From contig OY759729.1 in assembly GCA_963662585.1 (NCBI GenBank), forward strand, positions 1,024,001 through 1,088,000: a stretch of DNA of 64,000 bases. The letters run 5' to 3'. Below are positions 20,972 to 30,749 of this stretch, in pieces. The translations under genes and the position numbers were made by a program. This DNA is from Candidatus Cloacimonadales bacterium. Lineage in GTDB: Bacteria > Cloacimonadota > Cloacimonadia > Cloacimonadales > JAFGVF01. Numbering within the stretch: position 1 is the stretch's first letter; each line of letters begins with the position of its first letter. The notes beneath the pieces are model-generated. The model saw only the letters and a program-made list of their open reading frames with translations, was not told where the DNA came from and did no database searches.

Positions 20972-21345
20972 TAACCCCGGCGTCTTCCTTAGGAAGGACC
21001 CCAAGCTAGGAAGTTAAAAAGAGCTTTAATGAAGAAAAAAGGCTTCTTAAATTCCCCGCTTTAGTGCTGAAGGCACGCTAAAAGAGGGCTGGCGGGGAAG
21101 CAGCTCTTAACTGGGAAAGTGAGCATCCTGCTCGCACCACGCAGTAGCATGGTAGATTAATTTATTTCTGGTATTTCTAGATTTTTAAGCAATTTTACGG
21201 AGTAGCGACTTCTGACAGACAAATTTCTTTCGTCCGAAGTCCCTTGCCTAGGGCTGAGGAAACCGGTCTTCAGGATGTCCACATTCCGACAGAAGAGGGA
21301 TTATAACGCTGTAAACTCCCCGCTTTAATATAAAAGAGAGGTGGC
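20972..21345. repeat. Mosaic of REP-like hairpin modules, including copy 1 (21045..21298) of a ~254-bp composite repeat
   Basis: GC-rich hairpins in an AT-rich background. 21045..21298 aligns to 61647..61898 with about 24 differences by manual count (~90%). Confidence 0.9.
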
Positions 21346-21533
21346 TGTGCAAGATACGGTTTATATATAAAGCAGGAAAATATAGACACCTTATAGAGGG
21401 GGAAAAAATCATTAATTCTAATTCTTATTCTAAACTCTTGTCCTGACGATATTAGCAGATTTAAGGAAAATAATCTTGCCAAGAATAGGAGGTAAAATAT
21501 AGTAACCATGAAGAAATTTTAGGAGTACTTTTT

Positions 21534-24389
21534 ATGAAAAATATATTTTTAACACTAGTGATAATGGTCTGTCTGGTCAACATATTTGCTCATCCAAAAT
21601 TAGATATAGATTCTCATAGATCATTGATTCAACCAACCAGGATAGATTCTTTACATGGATTTGATGTAATTAGTTATTATATTGATATAGCAATAGATGA
21701 TCAAGAACAATATATTTCAGGTTCAGTAGAAACAGTGTTAGTTGCTGAAGAGAACTTAGAAGTTATAGAGTATAATCTTGTGGGATTAACAGTCAATAGC
21801 ATCCTAGTTGATGGAGAAAATGCTACTTTCACTCACAATGCAGGCATAATATCTATACCTGTAGATGTTGAAAATAATCAACAGATCACTACAAAAATAT
21901 TCTATTCAGGGAATCCTCAGCTTACTACTGATGATTATAATATAGGCATGGTCTTTAGAAGTAATATGGTATTTACTATATCTGACCCCAATGCTGCCAG
22001 AAACTGGTTCCCGAGTTATGACCACCCTTGGGATAAGGCTTTAGTAAGTTTTAATGTTACTTGTCGTAGTGATTGGGTAGCAGCTTGTAATGGAATTCAA
22101 GGAGCTACTATTGATAATGGTAATGGGACAAAAAGTTACGAATGGATTGGAGAGAATCCCATGGCAACATACTTAGCAGTAATTCATATTGCTCCATATC
22201 AAGTTATTGAACAAACTTTTACTAAAGAAAATGGCCAAGTTATTCCTATTCAACATTTTGTTCAAAGTCCTTATTATGAAGATTGCTTAGTAGATTTTGA
22301 AAGAGTTCCGGAAATGATGCAGGCTTATACTGATGCTTATGGAGAATACCCCTTTGAGAAGTATGGTCAAGCATTGGTTAATATGCAGACTTATGGAGCG
22401 ATGGAACACCAAACTATGACAACTTTAGGAGTCTCTTATATTGATGGTTCCCCAGACGATCCAGAATATACAGTAGCTCATGAGTTATCTCATCATTGGT
22501 TTGGAGATTGCCTTACTCCTTTTACATGGAAAGATGTTTGGCTATCAGAAGGATTTGCTACTTATTCAGAAGGGATATGGGCTAATCACCTACTTGGTTA
22601 TGATGCAATGATAGAATATGTGAATATAAATATTCAAAATTATTACAAAAACTGGCAAAATTCTGCAGGACCACAAACTATATATGATCCTGATTATCTC
22701 TCTTACTTTACTCCCCCTTCTTATGAAAAAGCAGCTTCAGTACTTCACATGCTAAGATTAGAATTAGGAGATGATACTTTCTGGACAATGATTCAGTCTT
22801 GGTTTGCAGATAACCAAAATGGAAATGTCATAACAGAAGAGTTTCAAAACCACTGTGAAATCGTTTCAGGTTTAGATTTAGATCAATTCTTCCAGCAGTG
22901 GATATATTCCCCAGGTCTTCCATCTTATGAATATGCAGTATTAAGAAACCCCAATACAAATCAAATTAAATTTTATAATAATGTTACTTCTGACACAGGA
23001 GTAGATTTTTACTTAACAATACCTTTCTTTCTTGGTGCTAGTTCTGATTCTTTAAGAACTCAGTTTAGTCCTGGCTTTAGTTTTACAGAAGCAATTGATG
23101 TTGAAGATATCAACGAGCCTATCATTCTCGATCCTGACTCTTGGAATTTAGTAGAGGCAAAAAATGAGATTTCACTTACAATGAATAGTGTTTTTGCAGG
23201 AAACTCTCAAGCGATATTAAATTGGACAGCCTTTCCTAATGAAGCTGATTTCTCAGGTTATAATGTTTATATGAAGGAAGTAAGCCAAGCTGATTGGAGC
23301 TTAGTCAATGAAGAGCCAATTGAGTCAAATATCTATTTTGTCAATGGTTTAGAAAATGGGGTGGAATATCACTTTTATGTCGTTATTAGGGATTCTGAAG
23401 GATTCGAAACATACCCTAGTGACAGTCTTGACATGACAGTAACACCTCAAAGCATTACTCCTAGTCAATCTATCTTAATCGTCGATGATAGTGCTGATGG
23501 AGTGGGAGCACTATTGAGTCCAAGCGATGAAGAAATCGATAACTTTTATAATAACATTTTTACTGGAATAGAAATAGGAAATATTGATTTAAACGAAGAA
23601 GAACTAAGCTATGAAGTTATGTCTGATTATGATGTTTTAGTTTGGCATAATGATACAGTAGCCTCAAGCTCCTTTGCAGATTATGAGTCAATTTTAGGTA
23701 ATTATCTTCTTTCAGGAGGTAAGTTAATTGTCTCAGGCTGGAAAACGATTTTTGATATATCACCTAGTTTTGCAGAAACATTCTTAGGTATAAGCTCTTT
23801 TGAGTTAGTTAATTCACCTTACTTGAATACTGCTGTAGCTACGAATTTGATGTATTCTAATTTAGACTCCAATAGCGAATTGATGCCTGCTATCTGGAAT
23901 GGGCAACTTTCAATGATAACAACTTTCCCAAATTCACAACATAGTTTTTATACTACTGCAGACCTTTCTACAAGCGTAGCTGTGCAAAGTACTACAGAGT
24001 CTAACTGGGAAACTTACTTTTTTGGCTTCCCCCTCTACTATTTTCAAGCTCAACAGGTTAAATATGCAATCATGACAATTTTGAGCAACACAAATCCTCC
24101 TGTGGAAAATGATAACCAAATCGAAATTGCTCATTCCGACTTAATTTTCTTCCCTAATCCTGCTAGTTCTACTCTAAAAATTAGATCTAATACAAAAGAA
24201 AATGAGACCATGCAAATTTCCATGTATAACTTAAGAGGTCAGAAAGTGCTAGACTATAACAATATAGAGATGAAAAGTGGCAAGCTCGAATTAAAGCTAG
24301 CGGAAAAAAAACTAGCAAATGGCGTATATTTTATTAAAATTTCTAGTAATAAAAGAGATGAATTAAGAAAACTTCTAATCATGAAGTAA
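21534..24389 (+). CDS. Secreted M1-family metallo-aminopeptidase with FN3 and T9SS-type C-terminal domain
   Basis: ARNWFPSYDHP.DKA, GAMEH, HELSH-x18-E (WLSEGFATY), SYEKAASVLHML; C-terminus FPNP...YNLRGQKV...NGVYF. Confidence 0.92.
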   Translation: MKNIFLTLVIMVCLVNIFAHPKLDIDSHRSLIQPTRIDSLHGFDVISYYIDIAIDDQEQYISGSVETVLVAEENLEVIEYNLVGLTVNSILVDGENATFTHNAGIISIPVDVENNQQITTKIFYSGNPQLTTDDYNIGMVFRSNMVFTISDPNAARNWFPSYDHPWDKALVSFNVTCRSDWVAACNGIQGATIDNGNGTKSYEWIGENPMATYLAVIHIAPYQVIEQTFTKENGQVIPIQHFVQSPYYEDCLVDFERVPEMMQAYTDAYGEYPFEKYGQALVNMQTYGAMEHQTMTTLGVSYIDGSPDDPEYTVAHELSHHWFGDCLTPFTWKDVWLSEGFATYSEGIWANHLLGYDAMIEYVNINIQNYYKNWQNSAGPQTIYDPDYLSYFTPPSYEKAASVLHMLRLELGDDTFWTMIQSWFADNQNGNVITEEFQNHCEIVSGLDLDQFFQQWIYSPGLPSYEYAVLRNPNTNQIKFYNNVTSDTGVDFYLTIPFFLGASSDSLRTQFSPGFSFTEAIDVEDINEPIILDPDSWNLVEAKNEISLTMNSVFAGNSQAILNWTAFPNEADFSGYNVYMKEVSQADWSLVNEEPIESNIYFVNGLENGVEYHFYVVIRDSEGFETYPSDSLDMTVTPQSITPSQSILIVDDSADGVGALLSPSDEEIDNFYNNIFTGIEIGNIDLNEEELSYEVMSDYDVLVWHNDTVASSSFADYESILGNYLLSGGKLIVSGWKTIFDISPSFAETFLGISSFELVNSPYLNTAVATNLMYSNLDSNSELMPAIWNGQLSMITTFPNSQHSFYTTADLSTSVAVQSTTESNWETYFFGFPLYYFQAQQVKYAIMTILSNTNPPVENDNQIEIAHSDLIFFPNPASSTLKIRSNTKENETMQISMYNLRGQKVLDYNNIEMKSGKLELKLAEKKLANGVYFIKISSNKRDELRKLLIMK

Positions 24390-24434
24390 CTTAATTCTGC
24401 ATGAATTCAATTTTAGCTAAAAAGGGGATTATCT

Positions 24435-26750
24435 ATGCAAGATGAAAAGAAGATTCCGAGGACACTACCTGTATTGGTAAATCCTAATTTGGTATTATTT
24501 CCCTTTATGATAATGCCATTAATTGTTGCTGAGCCTGAGAAAATAGCAGTTGTGGATTACGCTTTGACCCACGACAAATCACTAGGTTTATTCCTGCAGA
24601 AGGAAGACCAAGAGAGTGAAGCCGTTGAGGTTTATGAATATGGAACAGCAGCGTCAATTATAAAGATGGTAAGAAATAAAGATGGCTCACTATCCATCTT
24701 ACTACAAGGAAACTCTAGAATTAGAATTGAGAAGATTATTCAACATGAACCAATTCTTATGGTTGAAGTTGAATCTTTAGGTGAAAGAAAAGATGACACC
24801 CCTAAGATTCAAGCTTTAAGAAAGATAGCTTTGGAGTTATTAGAGACTGTCGCAGTTGAGAGTAATCTTCCAGGTAAAGAGTTTCTTCCTTCAATTAAAC
24901 AGATACCGCAAACTAGCCGAGTTGCTGATTTAATAGCAGAAAACACAGATATTAAAACATTGGAGAAACAAGATATTCTTTCAACTCTCGATTTAGTCTT
25001 TAGACTAGAAAAGTTGAATAAATATCTCGCAGATTTAATAAAACAACTCCAATTAGAGAATAGAATTAGGAGTAATATCGAGCTAGAGATGTCTGAAGAT
25101 CAGAGAAAATACTATCTTCGTGAACAGCTACTAGCGATTAGAAAAGAGCTAGGTGAGAGTGATGAAGTAGAGCAAGAAATTGAGAGCTGGGAAAAGAAAA
25201 TCGCCAAAGCAAATCTACCAGACTATGTTCTGGAAGCTGCTGAAGATGAACTTTCGAAAATGACCAGTATGCAACCTGCTTCAAGTGAATACAGTGTAAT
25301 TCGCAACTACTTAGATTGGATTGTGAATATTCCTTGGTCTAAAAAAACTAAAGATAACTATAACTTAGAGAAAATAGATAAAATCCTAACAAAGGATCAT
25401 TACGGCTTAGATAAGGCTAAAGAGAGAATTATCGAATTTATAGCTGTGAAAAAGCTTAGACAAGAAGTCAAAGGACCTATTCTTTGTTTTGTCGGACCTC
25501 CTGGAGTAGGTAAAACTTCCATTGGTAAATCAGTTGCCAAAGCCTTAAATAGAAACTTTATCAGAATGTCCCTAGGTGGTGTTCATGATGAAGCTGAGAT
25601 TAGAGGCCATAGAAGAACTTATATCGGGGCAATGCCAGGCAAGATTCTTACTGAGATTAAAAGAGCAGGTTCTTCAAACCCTATCTTTATGCTTGATGAA
25701 ATCGATAAATTAGGCCGTGATTTTAGAGGCGATCCAGCCTCTGCCCTATTAGAAGTTCTCGATCCTGAACAAAACTTCTCTTTTGTGGATCACTATATTA
25801 ATCTTCCTTACGACTTAAGCGATGTGATGTTTATCACTACTGCTAACTCTCTAAACACTATACCACAACCTCTTTTGGATAGGATGGAGATTATAGAGTT
25901 TTCAAGTTATGTGGAAGAAGAAAAAATCGAAATTGCCAAAAGATATTTGATTCCAAGAGAAATAGAAAATAACGGAATCAAAAAGCAAAATGTCAGTATG
26001 GCAAAATCAGCTCTGCAAGAAATTATCAGATATTATGTCAAAGAAGCAGGAGTTCGTTCTCTTCAGAGAACTATCGGAACAGTTATGCGAAAAATCGCCC
26101 GTAAAGTTGCAGAAGGTGATGATGCTTTAGTAAAAGTAACTGATAAAAATGTTAAAGAGTATCTTGGATTTAGAAAATTCTCTGCTGAATTAAAGAATAG
26201 AAAACCAGAAGTAGGAATTACAACAGGCTTAGCTTGGACAAGCTTTGGTGGCGAGATTCTCTTCTGTGAAGCCATTAAGATGCCTGGGAAGGGAGTTATT
26301 AAACTTACAGGACAACTAGGCAAAGTGATGCAGGAGTCTGCTCAGATTGCTTTAAGTTACCTGCAGGCTAACCATAAAAAGTATAATATAGCTTCAGAGA
26401 TATTTACAGATAACTCTATTCATATTCATTTCCCAGCAGGTGCTATTCCTAAAGATGGCCCTTCAGCAGGTGTAACTTTAACAACAACAATCGCTTCCTT
26501 GTTAATGAATAAAAAAGTCAAGCATGATATTGCTATGACAGGTGAAATAACCCTCTTGGGAAAAGTGCTAGCTATCGGGGGATTAAGAGAAAAGATATTA
26601 GCAGCTAAAAGAGCAGGTATTCACCATGTGATTGTTCCTTTTGATAATCAAGACAGCATTGAAGAATTGCCTGATTATATCAAAGATGGGATGCAGATTG
26701 AATTTGCTAAGAATGTCGATGACATTCTGCAAAAGGTACTTATTGATTAA
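24435..26750 (+). CDS. lon: ATP-dependent Lon protease
   Basis: DHYGL, GPPGVGKTS, RGHRRTYIGAMPG, LDEIDK, LLEVLDPEQN, PKDGPSAG (catalytic Ser) and GGLREK (catalytic Lys). Confidence 0.98.
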   Translation: MQDEKKIPRTLPVLVNPNLVLFPFMIMPLIVAEPEKIAVVDYALTHDKSLGLFLQKEDQESEAVEVYEYGTAASIIKMVRNKDGSLSILLQGNSRIRIEKIIQHEPILMVEVESLGERKDDTPKIQALRKIALELLETVAVESNLPGKEFLPSIKQIPQTSRVADLIAENTDIKTLEKQDILSTLDLVFRLEKLNKYLADLIKQLQLENRIRSNIELEMSEDQRKYYLREQLLAIRKELGESDEVEQEIESWEKKIAKANLPDYVLEAAEDELSKMTSMQPASSEYSVIRNYLDWIVNIPWSKKTKDNYNLEKIDKILTKDHYGLDKAKERIIEFIAVKKLRQEVKGPILCFVGPPGVGKTSIGKSVAKALNRNFIRMSLGGVHDEAEIRGHRRTYIGAMPGKILTEIKRAGSSNPIFMLDEIDKLGRDFRGDPASALLEVLDPEQNFSFVDHYINLPYDLSDVMFITTANSLNTIPQPLLDRMEIIEFSSYVEEEKIEIAKRYLIPREIENNGIKKQNVSMAKSALQEIIRYYVKEAGVRSLQRTIGTVMRKIARKVAEGDDALVKVTDKNVKEYLGFRKFSAELKNRKPEVGITTGLAWTSFGGEILFCEAIKMPGKGVIKLTGQLGKVMQESAQIALSYLQANHKKYNIASEIFTDNSIHIHFPAGAIPKDGPSAGVTLTTTIASLLMNKKVKHDIAMTGEITLLGKVLAIGGLREKILAAKRAGIHHVIVPFDNQDSIEELPDYIKDGMQIEFAKNVDDILQKVLID

Positions 26751-26759
26751 ATATCTTGA

Positions 26760-26780
26760 GTGGAGGCTCCCTGCCTCCAC
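26760..26780. repeat. Short GC-rich REP-like hairpin after lon
   Basis: GTGGAGGC-tccct-GCCTCCAC with no U-tract. Confidence 0.5.
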
Positions 26781-26880
26781 CCTCATAAATTAAGCTCTTC
26801 AGGGAAACAGAATTTTCCGACTGGACACAAAAGTGTTCTCAGTCCATAAATCTAAGGATAAAATAGAAACAAAGGAAATA

Positions 26881-28350
26881 ATGAAAGAAAAGAAAATAAG
26901 AGATGTTAATATTCTCATAGATGTCGAAGCAGAATTTGTAAATAAAGCAGAATATGTATTTAGAACATATTTCTTTATTCTACAACTTAATCCCATATTC
27001 TTTTATGGAGAAACTAGAAAGCAAATTGATATTTACTACGGAAGTAAGCTAAATACTAGTTACCCCTTAACGATTAAGTATAATCAAGGGACAAATGACT
27101 TCTTTCAATCTAGTAGATTCTATCCTCAGTTTAAGGTAAGATTTAATAACTATAAAAATGAAAAGATTCCTTTTTTCTTTTCTGACCCAGGAAGTATTTA
27201 CTCTATTGGTGAAAAAACTGCTAGAATTAATAAAGATATCATTGCTTCAGGATTTTATTTTCTCTCTTGCTGGAAAGAATATGTAAACAAAAAAAATACT
27301 GACCCAGATATAAGATTTAAATATACAAAATCTATGCAGTATAAATGGGACTTTGCTGAAGTACCTGTTGTTGATGCCTACTGTGATATCTTAGATAACA
27401 TTTTAGAATTAACTTTACCTAGTTATGAACGAGGTTCAAGATGGCAAAATGATAATAGTTTCTGTATGACCCTATCCCATGACATAGACTATTGGGATGT
27501 CTGGAGTAAAGATCAGTTTTCCAAAATAATGAAATATAATAAGGATAGAATTAAACAAGACCCTATCCGTTCTCTTTATAAAATCATTGGCCATTACTTT
27601 ACTAAAAAAAGTTTTAATCCAGTGAAGAATATCCAAAAATTGATAAGAAAAGAAAATAACCTTAAAGTCAGAAGTACTAACTTTATTCTTGTCCAAGATA
27701 ACTCAGATGATAATAGAAGAAATTACTTCTCCAATGAAGAATATAAGACAGGACTAAAATCTGTTTTCACATCTTACGATGTTGGCTTGCATGGTTCTCC
27801 AGACTCTGCTTACTATATCAAAGAGACCAAAAAAGAATTAGAGAGATTACACAAACTATTCCCACAACCTCTGGGATATCGTTCCCATAAACTCTCTTTT
27901 CAATATCAAGGTTCTTTTGACATCCTAGAAAAGATGAATTTAAAATTTGATTCTTCCTTAGGATATTGGGAACATATCGGATTTAGAGCCGGAATATCCT
28001 TCCCTTTCTATCCTTACGATATTGAGAATGATAGACCTTTTACTATTCTAGAGATTCCTTTGATTGTTATGGATACAACTTTGATTTCTCAGGCAGGAAT
28101 GGGTATTAATCCTTTTGTAGCCTCATACAGATTATCAAAATTAATCCAACGAGCGAAAAAGTTTCAATCCCACATCTCTGTTTTGTGGCATAATAATACC
28201 TTTGACACTATAGATTTCCCTTGGTGGAGCTGGCTCTACTGGTCTTTGATTAGAAGAGCTAAAAAGAACAATGCTTGGGTTTGTTCCTTAGATGATTTGT
28301 ATGAATACTGGATTCATAAAACAGATAGACTAAAGTCATCTGATAATTAG
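26881..28350 (+). CDS. Polysaccharide deacetylase (CE4/NodB-like) family protein
   Basis: DIIASGFYFLSCWKEY, TLSHDID, VGLHGS, GYRSH, FDSSLG, GFRAG, EIPLIVMD, LWHN. ATG 26881 follows AAGGA and is preferred to the tracked GTG 26833. Confidence 0.82.
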   Translation: MKEKKIRDVNILIDVEAEFVNKAEYVFRTYFFILQLNPIFFYGETRKQIDIYYGSKLNTSYPLTIKYNQGTNDFFQSSRFYPQFKVRFNNYKNEKIPFFFSDPGSIYSIGEKTARINKDIIASGFYFLSCWKEYVNKKNTDPDIRFKYTKSMQYKWDFAEVPVVDAYCDILDNILELTLPSYERGSRWQNDNSFCMTLSHDIDYWDVWSKDQFSKIMKYNKDRIKQDPIRSLYKIIGHYFTKKSFNPVKNIQKLIRKENNLKVRSTNFILVQDNSDDNRRNYFSNEEYKTGLKSVFTSYDVGLHGSPDSAYYIKETKKELERLHKLFPQPLGYRSHKLSFQYQGSFDILEKMNLKFDSSLGYWEHIGFRAGISFPFYPYDIENDRPFTILEIPLIVMDTTLISQAGMGINPFVASYRLSKLIQRAKKFQSHISVLWHNNTFDTIDFPWWSWLYWSLIRRAKKNNAWVCSLDDLYEYWIHKTDRLKSSDN

Positions 28351-28391
28351 TATTTAGTTTTAAAATTAATATATAAAAGATAGGAGTTTAA

Positions 28392-30659
28392 ATGATCTTA
28401 ACCGATAATGCAAAAGTAGTACTAGAAAAAAGGTACTACCAAAAGAATGACAAAGGAGAAACAATTGAGAATTGGGAAAAATTAGTCAGTAGAGTTGCTA
28501 CTAATATCTCTCAAGGCGATGAAGATAAATATCAACGCTACTATAAACTTTTAGATTCAGGTAATTTCTTGCCTAATTCACCTACTCTGATGAATGCTGG
28601 AAATGACCTTCAACAACTTTCTGCTTGCTTTGTTCTTCCTTTAGAAGATAGTATGGAAGGCATATTTACTACAATTAAAGATGCAGCGATGATTCATAAA
28701 AGTGGTGGTGGAACTGGATTTTCCTTTAGTAAATTGCGCGAGACAAATGCTCGTGTACGCTCTACTAATGGAGTCTCTTCAGGTCCTATTAGTTTTCTCA
28801 AGGTCTTCAATAGTGCAACTGATGCTGTAAAACAAGGTGGAACTAGAAGAGGAGCCAATATGGCTATCTTGAGTGTTCAGCACCCCCAGATTATTGATTT
28901 CATTACTTGCAAAGAAGATACAACAGAATTAAATAATTTCAATATTTCTGTAGGTGTTACTGAAGATTTTATGAAAGCAGTCAAAAATGATGATGACTTC
29001 CCACTAATTTCCCCCCATGATCACCAAGTAAAAGAAACTGTAAAAGCCCGTGACATCTTTTCTCTCATAGTAGAAAAAGCTCATAAAAATGGGGAACCAG
29101 GAATAATCTTCTTAGACAGAATTAATAAACATAACCCAACTCCTCATATAGGAGAAATAGAATCAACAAATCCATGTGGAGAGCAACCTCTGCTCCCTAA
29201 TGAAGCCTGTAATCTTGGCTCAATAAATTTAGACAACTTCTACTCACCTGAAGGAATTCAATGGGATTATCTTAAAGAAACAATTTTTGAATCTGTGGAA
29301 TTCTTAGATGATGTTATCAATGTATCAAACTTCCCTCTACCTGATATCGATAAAATGGTAAAAGCAAATCGTAAGATTGGACTCGGTATCATGGGTTGGG
29401 CAGATTTATTATACCAAATGGGAATACCATACAACAGTCAAGAGGCTGTTGATTTAGCAAGAGAAATAATGGAGTTTGTTGACTATTACAGTAAAGTAAA
29501 ATCAATGGAGATTGCTCAAGTTAAGGGTTCGTTCCCTAACTTTAAGGGTAGTATCTATGATAGTAATTCTTTAATTCGTAAAGACAATAAATTACAGTGG
29601 GATAATTTAAAAAGTTCTATAAAGAGTAATGGCTTACGCAATGCAACTCTAACAACTATTGCTCCTACTGGTACGATTTCAATGATAGCTGATACTTCCA
29701 GCGGTATTGAACCTCAATTCTCTTTAGTCTATGTTAAATATGTTATGGATGGTGAAAAACTTATCTATGTGAATAAGCATCTAAAAAGTAGATTAGAAAA
29801 GGCTGGAATTTATAGTGAAGAGTTGATGGAAAAGATTTCCCAAGCTGGTGGATTAACTCATATTGATGAGATTCCGGAAGAGATTAAAGAAGTCTTTGTT
29901 ACTTCTCATGATATCTCACCTGAATGGCATATTAGAATGCAGGCAGCTTTCCAAGAATATACAGATAATGCCGTATCTAAAACAATAAACTTTAAAAATG
30001 ATGCTAGTCCAGATGATATTAAAATGGCTTATGAATTAGCTTATGAAACTGCTTGTAAAGGTGTAACTGTTTATCGTGATGGCTCAAGGCAATTCCAGGT
30101 TCTTAATGTTGGCAAGAAGATTAATGAAGAGAAAGAGACTCCTAATGTAAAACGCTCTCCTAGAATTAGACCTGAAATTACTAGCGGTATTACTCAAAAA
30201 ATCGAAACAGGTTGCGGTCACATGTATGTTACCATCAATTCTGATAATCAAGGTGCTTGTGAAATGTTTATCCAAATGGGTAAAGTCGGTGGATGTGCAT
30301 CTGCTCAATTAGAAGCGCAAGCTCGTCTTATCTCCATGGCCCTTAGAGCTGATATAGATATCGAGTCTATTATTAGACAACTCAAAGGTATTCGCTGTCC
30401 TTCTCCGATGTGGAATAAAGGGAAATTAGTTACTTCTTGTTCAGATGCAGTTGCTACAGCTCTACAGAAGTTTGCAGAACTAACCAAAGTAAATGGAGTT
30501 GCTAAGATTAATTTTCATACTGAAGGTGAAATGATAGTAGAAAATAAAGAACAAGCTCAATCAAATACTTCCATTAAGACTTGCCCAGAATGTGGTTCGA
30601 CAGTATATCACGAAGAAGGATGCCTTAAGTGTCAAGCTTGTGGTTGGTCAAAGTGTTAA
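28392..30659 (+). CDS. nrdJ: Adenosylcobalamin-dependent (class II) ribonucleotide reductase with C-terminal TSCPD-like and Zn-ribbon domains
   Basis: FLPNSPTLMNAG, LSACFV, QGGTRRGANM, TNPCGEQPL...CNLGS, TIAPTGT, YRDGSR, TGCG.MYVT, TSCSDA, CPECG...CQACGWSKC. Confidence 0.95.
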   Translation: MILTDNAKVVLEKRYYQKNDKGETIENWEKLVSRVATNISQGDEDKYQRYYKLLDSGNFLPNSPTLMNAGNDLQQLSACFVLPLEDSMEGIFTTIKDAAMIHKSGGGTGFSFSKLRETNARVRSTNGVSSGPISFLKVFNSATDAVKQGGTRRGANMAILSVQHPQIIDFITCKEDTTELNNFNISVGVTEDFMKAVKNDDDFPLISPHDHQVKETVKARDIFSLIVEKAHKNGEPGIIFLDRINKHNPTPHIGEIESTNPCGEQPLLPNEACNLGSINLDNFYSPEGIQWDYLKETIFESVEFLDDVINVSNFPLPDIDKMVKANRKIGLGIMGWADLLYQMGIPYNSQEAVDLAREIMEFVDYYSKVKSMEIAQVKGSFPNFKGSIYDSNSLIRKDNKLQWDNLKSSIKSNGLRNATLTTIAPTGTISMIADTSSGIEPQFSLVYVKYVMDGEKLIYVNKHLKSRLEKAGIYSEELMEKISQAGGLTHIDEIPEEIKEVFVTSHDISPEWHIRMQAAFQEYTDNAVSKTINFKNDASPDDIKMAYELAYETACKGVTVYRDGSRQFQVLNVGKKINEEKETPNVKRSPRIRPEITSGITQKIETGCGHMYVTINSDNQGACEMFIQMGKVGGCASAQLEAQARLISMALRADIDIESIIRQLKGIRCPSPMWNKGKLVTSCSDAVATALQKFAELTKVNGVAKINFHTEGEMIVENKEQAQSNTSIKTCPECGSTVYHEEGCLKCQACGWSKC

Positions 30660-30699
30660 CTTCAAAAAACATATAACAACTATATTTATTATCAAATAC

Positions 30700-30728
30700 A
30701 AAACCCTCTCATTGCTGAGAGGGTTTTT
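30700..30728. terminator. Bidirectional Rho-independent terminator
   Basis: AAAACCCTCTCA-ttgc-TGAGAGGGTTTTT between convergent nrdJ and the OmpA-family gene. Confidence 0.85.
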
Positions 30729-30749
30729 ATAATATTATCCTTTAATTAT

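Noticed and set aside
21215..21290. Hammerhead ribozyme on the minus strand (CTGAAGA...GAAA)
   Set aside because: Stem II is offset from GAAA, stems I and III do not close properly, and the second copy reads GAAG at that position.
20960..21345. tRNA, SRP, tmRNA or RNase P RNA in the GC-rich intergenic patches
   Set aside because: No cloverleaf or diagnostic motifs were seen. The GC-rich hairpins are explained as repeat modules that recur at 61-62 kb.
21270..21509. 79-aa minus-strand ORF, and likewise 61070..61288
   Set aside because: Both run through repeat modules, lack an RBS and show no protein motifs.
28330..28392. Cobalamin riboswitch or NrdR box upstream of nrdJ
   Set aside because: The intergenic gap is only ~41 bp and AT-rich, with no matching motif.
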